Both the position numbers and the translations under genes were made by a program. The notes under the pieces were generated by a model. The model worked only from the letters and a program-made list of their open reading frames with translations. It was not told the DNA's origin and did not search any database. Shown one piece after another: positions 1 through 8,753 of a DNA stretch of 64,000 bases. The first letter of the stretch is position 1. The number at the start of each line of letters is the position of its first letter. Origin of the DNA: Verrucomicrobiota bacterium (lineage in GTDB: Bacteria > Verrucomicrobiota > Verrucomicrobiia > Verrucomicrobiales > Verrucomicrobiaceae); the NCBI GenBank assembly GCA_026397715.1, contig JAPLUN010000685.1, positions 77 through 64,076 on the forward strand, read 5' to 3'.

Positions 1-44
1 ATTATTTCTAATTTACAAGAGAACCATCCGTTATACCGACACTC

Positions 45-647
45 ATGCCCCCCAAACCCAAAGCCGCCCCCTCTATTGAATCCAGCCCTGAGGCCATCAA
101 TGAGAATCTGGGGAAACGGGTGAAAAAACTGCGAGGGGACCGCGGCTGGTCGCTCGAAGAACTCGCCACAGCGAGCGGTGTGAGCCGCTCCATGCTCAGC
201 GAAATCGAGCGTGAAAAGGCCAATCCGACGCTGACAGTCACCTTCCGCATCGCCCGGGCCTTTGGACTGACCTTGCAGGAACTGATCGAAAGCGCCGAGG
301 CCAGCGCTTCGAAAATCCTGGTCATCCGGGCCAGCGACCGCGCCCAGGTCTATCGCAGCGACAAACAGTGCGAAATCCGCACGCTTTCACCCATCAATCT
401 CGAAAAGGACGTGGAGTTTTACGAGATGACGCTGCGCCCCGGCGGCACGCTGCGCAGCCAGGCTCACTTTGAAGGCACCCGCGAGTTCCTGACCGTGGAG
501 GATGGAAGCGTGCGCATCGAATCTGACCAAAACAGCGAAGAACTCGGCAAAGGTGACTCTGGCACCTACCGCGCCGACGTGCCGCACGCCATCGTCAACA
601 CCGGCAAAGGGGACGCGCTGGTGTTCCTCGTCGTGATCTACCGCTAA
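45..647 (+). CDS. XRE-family HTH transcriptional regulator with C-terminal cupin domain (SutR/PuuR-like)
   Basis: N-terminal HTH_3 pattern (LRGDRGWSLEELATASGVSRSMLSEIEREKANPT); cupin motifs H-F-E-G-T-R-E and ADVPHAIVN. Confidence 0.9.
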   Translation: MPPKPKAAPSIESSPEAINENLGKRVKKLRGDRGWSLEELATASGVSRSMLSEIEREKANPTLTVTFRIARAFGLTLQELIESAEASASKILVIRASDRAQVYRSDKQCEIRTLSPINLEKDVEFYEMTLRPGGTLRSQAHFEGTREFLTVEDGSVRIESDQNSEELGKGDSGTYRADVPHAIVNTGKGDALVFLVVIYR

Positions 648-654
648 TCCAGCC

Positions 655-1201
655 ATGAACCATTCATTGCTCGCTGTCATTCTCGTCTCGCTGATTCCGA
701 GTTGCGTGATCTTTCCACACTCTGACCGTCTTGCTGGTAAGGTTTCAGGAAGTGTGGTAGATATTCATGGCCGACCGGTTTCAGGAGCAAAGGTAGAGTT
801 TCTTTTTCGCAGCAGGCGAGTGCTTGGATCAACTGAAACCAGTCGCCTTGGACTCTTCGAGTTGGGACCATTCAGGCAGTGGTTTTATGTCATCTATATC
901 GGCTCTCCTGGCGTCTTGTCCTTTTCCCTACATGCTGGAGAACTATGGATTGCCCAACGTCCTTCGTGTTCGCCACGGTTCGAGTACAGCCATCTATATG
1001 CTAGGAAACGAGTCTGATTTTCGAAAGCGGCAATCCGCAGATTATCCTGGAATTCGAATCGAGCTGCCCAATGGCGGACGATGGGCAGGCAGCACGAGAC
1101 CGGTCAAATTAATTATCTCCCCTGAGATGCAGGATAGTGTCCTGCCAATGCATTCGCATCGCGATCCTCCCAAACCGTTCATTTTCCCAACCCAACCATG
1201 A
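655..1201 (+). pseudogene. Frameshifted putative lipoprotein with carboxypeptidase-regulatory-like (transthyretin-like) domain
   Basis: ORF 655..1017 has a signal/lipobox-like start (LIPSC) and VSGSVVDIHGRPVSGAKVEF. Removing one T at 916/917 joins it to ORF 824..1201, whose stop overlaps the next ATG (ATGA at 1198-1201). Confidence 0.55.
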
Positions 1202-3402
1202 AATCAGCCACCACACTCGTCCTCCTCGCTTTTGTCGGGGTCTTGCATGCCCAGATGCCGCCTGCGCTCGTGAATGCCGAACGCGGCAAAATCCTCAGCG
1301 GCGTCAAATCGGTGCCGAAGGCAGGGGCGCCGGGCCCCATCGGTATCTGGGGAAACATGGCGTTTCCCATTCTCTCCGCGCCTGACAAGGATGGGGTCGA
1401 GATCGCCGTCGCAGCGGCGGCAGGTTATGCCAAGGGGCGCGTCATTCTCTTTGGTCACAACAGCTACCTCGCCGGGGGGGAAGGCGGAGATCACGCGAAG
1501 CTCATGGAGAACTGCGTGAATTGGGCGGCTAACAAAGAAAAGCCTCGTTTGGGCCTCAAAGGCGTGAATGCGGTCAATTTGTACAAGCAGCACGAATTCA
1601 AAGTGGAGACCTTTGACAAGATCGACAAGAGAAGTCTGAGCGACTTCGATGTCGTCATCGTGAACATGCAGGGCATCATCAGCGCCGAGGAAGGCGCGGT
1701 GGTGGCGGAGTATGTCAAAGGCGGCGGTGGCTTCATCGGCGGCATGACGGGCTGGGCTTTCGGCCAGACAAGCGGCGGCAAAGACTTGGCGGTGTCACAC
1801 GGCCTCAACCAGGCGCTGATGCCCGCAGGCATCGCGATCACGGACATGAGCGCGTTTGACCAGCTGCGCAGCTTTGAAGCACGTGTGGAACTGCCCCAAA
1901 TGATGAACGCCTCAGAGGCCATCAGTGCGATCAAAAAGCAGCGCGATGGCGGCCCCGCGCTAACGGCGGAGCAAATGAAGCAGGGCACGAATGCTATTCA
2001 AATCGCCATGGCGGCCCAGCCACCCGACCGCAGCAATCTGAAGACCGCCGTACTAGCCGCACTGGGCACTGCCGGCGCTGATGCCGTGGTGCCGACGGCC
2101 CAAGCACCACTCACCGCCGACAAGCATGCAGCGCAACGCCTGCGCCTCGGCATGGAAACACGCGTGCTGCGTCTTGCCGCAGGTGAGGGAGTGGCCGCAC
2201 ATCCCGCGCATGAATCCTTCCCCGGCAAAGTGCCTGAGGGAGCACCACGCGTCACGGGTGAGGTCAAAGTGACACCCAGCATCCCCGGCTGGACCAGCAC
2301 CGGCCTCTACGCAGCCGCAGGCGACACCATCAGCGTCACATTGCCGGAAAAACTCGCCGACAAAGGCTACGCCGTGCGCATCGGCTGCCATAGCGACACG
2401 CTGTACCATCTGGACAAATGGGAACGTGCGCCGGACATCACCCGCAGCGTTGGATTGGCCACCGCCACCACGAAAACCGCCAGCGCCTTTGGCGGGCTCA
2501 TCTACATCGAAGTTCCTGGCCGCGCCAAAGACGACGAACCCTTCACTGCCACGATTCAAAATGCCGTGCCCGCACCGCTGTTCGTTCTCGGCCAGGATGA
2601 CGATGCCAAATGGAGCGAGATCAAAAAGCGCCCAGCACCCTGGGCCGAACTCGCCTGCGACAAGATGATCGTGAGCTGCCCCACCGAGGTCGCGCGCGCC
2701 ATTAACAATCCCACCCAGCTCATGGAGTTCTGGAAGAAGGTGGTCGAAGCGCAGGACGACATCACCAATCAAACCGCTGAACGCAAACGCCCCGAACGCA
2801 TCGTGGCGGATGTACAGATCAGCGCCGGCTACATGCACAGCGGTTATCCCATCATGATTCCGACGAGCGCCGCGCCGGAGATGACGACCTTTGGCAAACT
2901 GAAGTTCCCCGGCTGGGGGTTCTACCACGAAATCGGCCACAACCATCAGCGTGGCGATTTCACCTTCGATGGCACCGGCGAGGTCACCAACAACGTCATC
3001 GGCATGTATTGCTATGACGCCGTCTTGAAGAAAGACTGGCTCATCGGCCACACCGCCATCACTGAAGAGGCACGCAAGGAGAACATCCAAAAGATCAAGA
3101 AGGCGTCCAACAAGTGGCAGGTCTGGAAAAGCGAGCCCTTCACCGCGCTGACGACTTACATTCAGCTCATGCAGGAGTTCGGCTGGGAGAGCTGGCGCAA
3201 ATATCTCTACAGCTTCGACGACTCTTCATTCGGCCCCGCCCCGAAGGGCGATGACGAGCGCCGTGACCAGTTCCTCGTGCGCTACTCCAAGATCACGAAC
3301 AAGAACCTTGGCCCCTTCTTCGATGCCTGGGGCATCCCTGTCAGCTCAGCCGCGAAGGCGGAAGTGAGCAAGCTGGATCCTTGGATGCCGAAGGGGATGT
3401 GA
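1198..3402 (+). CDS. Secreted M60-family (enhancin-like) metallopeptidase, TCAF/FAM115-like
   Basis: Signal peptide; WTSTGLYA, AFGGLIYI, APWAEL, ERIVADVQISAGYMHSGYPIM; zinc motif HEIGHN followed by GEVTNN. Confidence 0.9.
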   Translation: MKSATTLVLLAFVGVLHAQMPPALVNAERGKILSGVKSVPKAGAPGPIGIWGNMAFPILSAPDKDGVEIAVAAAAGYAKGRVILFGHNSYLAGGEGGDHAKLMENCVNWAANKEKPRLGLKGVNAVNLYKQHEFKVETFDKIDKRSLSDFDVVIVNMQGIISAEEGAVVAEYVKGGGGFIGGMTGWAFGQTSGGKDLAVSHGLNQALMPAGIAITDMSAFDQLRSFEARVELPQMMNASEAISAIKKQRDGGPALTAEQMKQGTNAIQIAMAAQPPDRSNLKTAVLAALGTAGADAVVPTAQAPLTADKHAAQRLRLGMETRVLRLAAGEGVAAHPAHESFPGKVPEGAPRVTGEVKVTPSIPGWTSTGLYAAAGDTISVTLPEKLADKGYAVRIGCHSDTLYHLDKWERAPDITRSVGLATATTKTASAFGGLIYIEVPGRAKDDEPFTATIQNAVPAPLFVLGQDDDAKWSEIKKRPAPWAELACDKMIVSCPTEVARAINNPTQLMEFWKKVVEAQDDITNQTAERKRPERIVADVQISAGYMHSGYPIMIPTSAAPEMTTFGKLKFPGWGFYHEIGHNHQRGDFTFDGTGEVTNNVIGMYCYDAVLKKDWLIGHTAITEEARKENIQKIKKASNKWQVWKSEPFTALTTYIQLMQEFGWESWRKYLYSFDDSSFGPAPKGDDERRDQFLVRYSKITNKNLGPFFDAWGIPVSSAAKAEVSKLDPWMPKGM

Positions 3403-3418
3403 GGCTCTTTACCACCCA

Positions 3419-3913
3419 TCATTCGGCATCGGCTTCCCTCAACTTCCGGCTCTTGATCTGCCCCCTCCGGCAATAGGGGCAGCCGCAAGGCTTCCTCCCA
3501 TCTGAATGGGATTCAGGATAGTACCGCCAACCGGTCACCTGGTCGGGAGTGTAGATCCGGGTGATGTTTTTGGCGGGAATTGAACAGGAGAAAATGACTT
3601 CCAGACCGAGACCGGTGGTGTGATCCATGAAGATTTTCACCGCCTCTGCCGCCGTGGTTGCAATGTGCTCTTCATTGTAGCGCCCCACCGAAACTGGCAT
3701 GTCATCGTCCACGCGAAATTGAACGGCAGAGATGGTTCGAATACCCTGCCGCTTCAGTTCGCGCAGCCACTGATGGGACTGATAATAATTTTGCAGCACC
3801 GGCGTGGCAAAGACGACTTTTTCGGGTCTGCCAAAGAGTGCAACAGCCTTCATTCCGCCCTTCCGGATCATGCTGATGTCACGGTCATCGGCGAGGTGTA
3901 TGAATTGTGGCAT
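3419..3913 (-). CDS. Conserved hypothetical protein, possible ADP-ribosyltransferase-like fold with C-terminal CxCxxC
   Basis: Start reassigned to ATG 3913 (MPQFIHLADD); pattern FIHL..I.KGG / VFATP / LEVIF...IP..NITRI; C-terminal PCGCPYC. Confidence 0.6.
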   Translation of the reverse strand: MPQFIHLADDRDISMIRKGGMKAVALFGRPEKVVFATPVLQNYYQSHQWLRELKRQGIRTISAVQFRVDDDMPVSVGRYNEEHIATTAAEAVKIFMDHTTGLGLEVIFSCSIPAKNITRIYTPDQVTGWRYYPESHSDGRKPCGCPYCRRGQIKSRKLREADAE

Positions 3914-3929
3914 GCGTTTGAATGAATCA

Positions 3930-3987
3930 TCGCTTCGCCGGCGACGCACACACAATTTTCCTCGTCATTCCGCATGAAGACACACTG
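3930..3987 (-). repeat. Diverged direct copy of the last 19 codons (including stop) of the PQQ-propeller gene (5503..5559)
   Basis: Hand alignment gives 7 substitutions and 1 extra base over 58 nt; reads QCVFMRNDEE(+a)IVCASPAKR versus QCVFMRNDEEIVCASLAK*. Confidence 0.9.
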
Positions 3988-4043
3988 GTGGGCAGACGGG
4001 ATATGAGGATCACATGCTGCGCCCCCACCCTGCATCCTCACAC

Positions 4044-5457
4044 CTACACTCGAATCAATTCCCGGATAGGTGTCCCGTTTGGCACAATGGGGGTGGGACG
4101 GCCGCTGAAGTCATTGATCGTTTCTTTGGCGGAGTCGATCCCCAGATGGTGGTAAATCGTGCGGCGAGCAGGCGTGCTCGACCACGTCTTCACCGCGTTT
4201 GTCGCTAGCACCAATGATGCCGCCGGTTTGCAGACCGCCACCAGCCCAGAGGTTGGTAAAGGCACGCGGCCAGTGGTCGCGACCCGGCTGCACGACACCC
4301 GCCGCTGCACTGGCCTCGCCGGCGCCGGAACTGGCGACGTGGCTGATTTTGGGTGTTCGCCCAAACTCACCACTGACCACGACAAGCACGCGTTTGTCGA
4401 GGCCGCGCGCATACACATCCTCAATCAACGCTGAAACGGCCTGATCGAAGGCTCCGGCGCGGAAGCGCAGCGCATCAAAGACATGGTGGTTGACGGCGTG
4501 ATCGTCCCAGTTGCCCACACGACCGCATTGCGGGCCATCGAGGCAGCTCGTGATGATTTCCACACCCGATTCAACAAGACGGCGCGCCAGCAGCAGTTGC
4601 TGCCCCCAGCGATGCATGCCGTAGCGTTCGCGGGTGCGCTTGTCTTCTTTGGAGAGATCAAATGCATGGCGCGTCTGCGGATTGGTGAGCAGCGTCATCG
4701 CCTGCGCTTCGAACTGATCCATCGCGCCCATTTCACCTGCGGCATCGACGTTGCGTTCCAGATTGTCGAGACTGTGCAGCAAGGCCATGCGGTCATTCAG
4801 ACGGGCCAGCTTGGATGGGTCGGACAGGCCAACGTTTGGCACGGCGAAATCCGGACGGCTGGGATCATTCAGCACCGCCAGCGGCGAATAGGCGGCATTC
4901 ACAAACCCCGGTCCGGCGATGGTGAAGCTGTCGTAATTGATGATCGGGTTCACGCCGATGTAGTTCGGCAACGGACTGCCGCGCTTGTTTTTCGAGCGCA
5001 TGAAATTCGCCACGGTCATCCAGTCCGGCAGCAAGGGCTTGGGTTTGTCACGCGCATCCGTATCGCCACTCAGCATTTGCAGTGATCCAGCCGGATGTCC
5101 GCCGCCGGTGTGCGTCATCGAGCGCAGCAGGGTGAATTTGTCGGCGATCTTTGCCTGCAATGGAATCAACTCGGTGAGCTGCATTCCGGGCACCTTGGTT
5201 TTGATGGTCTTAAATGGGCCACGATACTCGCTGCCGATGTCCGGTTTGGGGTCATAGGTGTCGAGATGTGAGCACCCGCCGCGCAACCACACCAAAATGA
5301 CAGCGGTGCGTTCACGCACAGGCTTTGCGGCATTCTCAGCGCGAAGCTTGAGCAATCCCGGCCAGCCCAGGCTCGCAAATCCCGTGAGACCTAAGCGCAT
5401 GAAGCCACGTCGGTCCAAGGGACCGGAACAAACAGGCTGGGGCGAGGCAGAAGGCAT
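4044..5457 (-). pseudogene. DUF1501 domain protein with Tat-like leader, frameshifted near the C-terminus
   Basis: RRGFMRLG leader, LRGGCSHLDTYDPKP, WDDH, GEFGRTP, GRDHW. The expected C-terminus TIYHHLGID...GRP...G.PIREL lies in another frame (ORF 4044..4424); junction at about 4154-4161. Confidence 0.8.
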
Positions 5458-5462
5458 GTGCA

Positions 5463-5468
5463 AGCATA
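5463..5468 (-). promoter_or_regulatory. Candidate -10 element (TATGCT) 5 nt before the DUF1501 ATG, possibly a leaderless transcript
   Basis: Minus strand reads cg-TATGCT-tgcac-ATG; no SD sequence. Confidence 0.35.
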
Positions 5469-5502
5469 CGGCTGCCAGCCGGGAATTCTTCGGGGCAGAG
5501 GA

Positions 5503-6822
5503 TCACTTCGCCAGCGACGCGCACACAATCTCTTCATCATTCCGCATGAAGACGCACTGATTGGCGAAGGCTGGGTGTGACCACACCACAGCCCGGCGAG
5601 GATCGGTGGTGGTGGGTTTCAGGAGCTTGGCGCGACTGATCTCCTCGTAGCCTTTCGGCGTGAGATTGGCGATGATGAGATCCCCCTGCTCGTTGGCGAG
5701 GAAGAATCGGTTTTCGTGTTTGATGATGAAGGCGTTCGCCCAGCGCACGGGTGGCCCGCCGGTGGTCGCAGCAAAAGTTTCCCAGAGACGCTCGCCGGTA
5801 TCGAACTTCAGGCAGCGGAGCTGACCGTAGCTGCACACGCCGTAGATGTGGCCGTTCTCGATGAACGGAGTGCTGATGAGGCTGTGCAGTGTGTCAGTGT
5901 TCTTTTCGCTGAAGCTTTTGCCCTCCCACTGCAACGATGCTGCTGGCTTGGCGGCGTCCAGCTTGAAGCATTTCGAACTGGTGTAGAACGAGCTGAAGAG
6001 GAGCAGATCTCCCGCAAGCCTTGGAGTGGCTACGGTGAGGCCAAAACGCACATCCCATGGATAAGACCAGAGCACTTTGCCCGTGGCGGGATCGAGCGAA
6101 TTCACCGCCTGCGGATGCCAGAGGATGAGTTGCTTCGAGCCTCCAGCCTCAATCATTGTGGGCGGGCAGTAGCCGGGCTCGCGCGCATCCAGCGCACGCC
6201 AGATTTCTTTACCACTGTCCTTTTCAAAAGCGATCGCCACGCTGCCCGGACCACCGCAGAGGCAGATCAGGCGCTGACCATCGAGCAACGGATGTCCGGC
6301 AAAGCCCCACATCGGTGTCTTCGCTCCATATTCGACTTTGAAGTCGTGCGACCAGAGCACCTTGCCGTTTGCGGCATCAAGGCACAGGATGTTTCCCTCC
6401 GCGCCGAGAGTCCATACTTTGCCACCGCTCACCACCGGAGTGCAACGCGGGCCGGTGGAATAGCTTATGGTGTAGGTGCATTCGTAGCGATGCTCCCAAA
6501 CGAGCGCACCCGACTTTGCATCCAGACAAAACACGCGCTCAGTGCCGGGAACGATGCCCCGCGCGAAGGCGTTGCCAGGCACGCTGCTCTTTTCGGCCAC
6601 TTGGCGGTCCATGAGATAAACCCGGCCTTCTGCGACGGCCGGACCGGTGTACCCGCCGCCGATCTTTACCCGCCAAAGAACTTTGGGACCACCTGCTGGA
6701 AAGGTGTCGATGATGCCGGACTCGCGCCAGACGCTGTCGCTTTGAGGACCAAGCCACTGCGGCCAGTAGTCTGCACGGAGCATGGCGGACAGCAGCAGAA
6801 ATATGAAAAAGGCGGAGTGCAT
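5503..6822 (-). CDS. PQQ-binding-like beta-propeller repeat protein (BamB-like family expanded in PVC bacteria)
   Basis: Signal peptide, WPQWLGP start, repeated C-L-D-A-x-x-G-x-x-x-W blades, C-terminal WSHPAFAN..VFMRND. Confidence 0.9.
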   Translation of the reverse strand: MHSAFFIFLLLSAMLRADYWPQWLGPQSDSVWRESGIIDTFPAGGPKVLWRVKIGGGYTGPAVAEGRVYLMDRQVAEKSSVPGNAFARGIVPGTERVFCLDAKSGALVWEHRYECTYTISYSTGPRCTPVVSGGKVWTLGAEGNILCLDAANGKVLWSHDFKVEYGAKTPMWGFAGHPLLDGQRLICLCGGPGSVAIAFEKDSGKEIWRALDAREPGYCPPTMIEAGGSKQLILWHPQAVNSLDPATGKVLWSYPWDVRFGLTVATPRLAGDLLLFSSFYTSSKCFKLDAAKPAASLQWEGKSFSEKNTDTLHSLISTPFIENGHIYGVCSYGQLRCLKFDTGERLWETFAATTGGPPVRWANAFIIKHENRFFLANEQGDLIIANLTPKGYEEISRAKLLKPTTTDPRRAVVWSHPAFANQCVFMRNDEEIVCASLAK

Positions 6823-6889
6823 GGACAAACAAACTCACCACCATGAATCATGTTGCAGAGGATTTCGTGTATCGCAGGTTTGGAGCATT

Positions 6890-7816
6890 ATGCTGAACCT
6901 GCCCGACTCCCAACGCCTGCACAGCCTGGTCACGGCCACCCACACGCCATTTCATGCGGATGGCTCGCTCAATCTCAACGTGGTGGAAAAACAAACGGAG
7001 TTCCTGCTCTCAAAAGGAGTAAACACCGTTTTCATCGGTGGCAGCACCGGCGAAAGCCACTCGCTCACCTATGAAGAGCGCCATCTCCTGGCCAAATTCT
7101 GGATGGCGGTTACGAAGGGCACCGCCATGCGTGTTGTGGTGCATGTGGGGGCAAACTGCGTTGCCGATGCGAAAGCGCTGGCGGAGCAGGCCGAGGACTT
7201 GGGCGCAGCAGCCATCGCGGCTTTGGCGCCGATGTACTTCAAACCAAAGAACGTCGAGGTGCTGGTGGAGACGATGGCCCAGATCGCCGCAGCAGCGCCG
7301 GACACCCCCTTCTACTACTATGACATTCCTTCAATGACCGGCGTGAATCTCTCGGTGCCTGATTTCTTGCAGCAGGCAGGCAAGCGCATCCCGAATCTGG
7401 CCGGCGTCAAATTCACCAATCCCGACCTCATGGCCTACCAGTACTGCCTGCGTGCCGACAATGGCTCCTGGGATGTGCCTTTTGGCTGTGATGAGCACAT
7501 GCTCGGCGCTTTGGCGATGGGTGCGAAAGGAGCAGCCGGCAGCGGATTCAATTTCGCCGCTCCCATTTACCTGCGCCTGCTGGCCGCGTTTGCCCAGAAC
7601 GATTTTGCCGCTGCACAGCGGGAGCAGTTTCGCGGGGTGCAGATCATCAGCACCCTCGTCAGCTACGGTTATATGGGTGCGGCAAAAGCTGTGATGGCGA
7701 TGCTGGGTGTCGATGTCGGCCCGGCCCGTCTTCCCAACACCACGCTCACCCCTGCACAAAAGGACAGGCTGCACGGTGAACTCGAAGCCATGGGCTTCTT
7801 CGAGTGGGTCAAATAA
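6890..7816 (+). CDS. DHDPS-family aldolase, N-acetylneuraminate lyase-like
   Basis: GGSTGES (NAL-type GSTGE), FYYYDIPSMTG, Schiff-base GVKFT; start reassigned to ATG 6890. Confidence 0.8.
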   Translation: MLNLPDSQRLHSLVTATHTPFHADGSLNLNVVEKQTEFLLSKGVNTVFIGGSTGESHSLTYEERHLLAKFWMAVTKGTAMRVVVHVGANCVADAKALAEQAEDLGAAAIAALAPMYFKPKNVEVLVETMAQIAAAAPDTPFYYYDIPSMTGVNLSVPDFLQQAGKRIPNLAGVKFTNPDLMAYQYCLRADNGSWDVPFGCDEHMLGALAMGAKGAAGSGFNFAAPIYLRLLAAFAQNDFAAAQREQFRGVQIISTLVSYGYMGAAKAVMAMLGVDVGPARLPNTTLTPAQKDRLHGELEAMGFFEWVK

Positions 7817-7821
7817 GTGGA

Positions 7822-8748
7822 TCAGCGTTTGATCCGAATCAGAGGCGTTGGCAGGTGTTCGCTGGTAATCCACAGCGTGCGGCTGTCGCTGTCATAGCAG
7901 ACACCTTCAAGTTGCCGCAGGAGTTCGGGCTCGATGCGCACCGGCACTTCTTTCAGGGCTTCGGCGAGTGATTTTTCCTTGGGCAGCAGCCATTCATACA
8001 GGCTGCTGTAGGTGGAGACGACCATCCGAGATCCATCCGGTGCAAAGCATGCCGCCGTGGTCATGCAGTTGTCATGCGGGCGCTTGCCGGCACGAATTAA
8101 CTTCGGGAAAGTCAGATCGGCCACTTTTTCGAGCACCATGCTCACCTTCGGCTGCAACGTCTGTGGAAAAGCATAGAGCGCGCACCTGCCGTCATCACTC
8201 TTGGTCAGGATGTAAAGGCGACGGGTCTGGGGATGCACGAGCAGGCTTTCGGCGTTGTATTTCCCATCCGGGTAGTTCGCACGCCAGATCTGCGGCGCGG
8301 TGGTTTCAGTTTCCGCAACAGGCTGGCCTGCGGCACTGATTTCAGGCTCGGAGATTTGATAGACCTGAATCGACGCGCGGATGAAAAGATTGTCGCCGAT
8401 GTCCCCAATGAAGAGCGTCGGAGTTCCTTGCTCATCTTTGCCAGAGGCGATGTCCTCCCAGTCAAAGTTCGCCGCATCTCGCACACGCACCTTGGCGCGC
8501 GTTTTACCACTGCGGTCGATGGCAAAGACACAAGGCTCCCCGCCGGAATCGTTCGAGGTCCAGAAAATCGAGGGATCACGGACACCCAGTGCCAGACCGG
8601 AGCTTTCATTGAGGCGCTTGTCTTCCAGGATGGCGACCTGCTTGCTCGTGCTGGGCACCGGCTTTTCCGGCCAAGCGTCCGTGCTCTGCCCGCAGCAGAC
8701 ATAAACTGCCGTGAGAGCGAACACAAACTGGAGCAGAAACGCCTTCAT
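7822..8748 (-). CDS. Secreted beta-propeller-like hypothetical protein
   Basis: Signal peptide from ATG 8748; recurring motifs ESSGL, NDSG, DWEDIA, IGDIGDN, NAESL, QLEGV. Confidence 0.75.
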   Translation of the reverse strand: MKAFLLQFVFALTAVYVCCGQSTDAWPEKPVPSTSKQVAILEDKRLNESSGLALGVRDPSIFWTSNDSGGEPCVFAIDRSGKTRAKVRVRDAANFDWEDIASGKDEQGTPTLFIGDIGDNLFIRASIQVYQISEPEISAAGQPVAETETTAPQIWRANYPDGKYNAESLLVHPQTRRLYILTKSDDGRCALYAFPQTLQPKVSMVLEKVADLTFPKLIRAGKRPHDNCMTTAACFAPDGSRMVVSTYSSLYEWLLPKEKSLAEALKEVPVRIEPELLRQLEGVCYDSDSRTLWITSEHLPTPLIRIKR

Positions 8749-8753
8749 TTTTT

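Noticed and set aside
1..44. AT-rich sequence before the XRE regulator as an autoregulatory operator
   Set aside because: Truncated by the window edge and no convincing palindrome is visible
4004..4040. Inverted repeat TGAGGAT...ATCCTCA downstream of the DUF1501 gene
   Set aside because: Only a 7-bp stem with a 23-nt loop and no U-tract; too weak to call a terminator
6782..6889. N-terminal extensions given by the ORF track (also 11256, 32952, 37443, 42991, 49281, 61006 and others)
   Set aside because: They overlap neighbouring genes or promoters and precede the recognisable family start or signal peptide, so downstream starts were chosen
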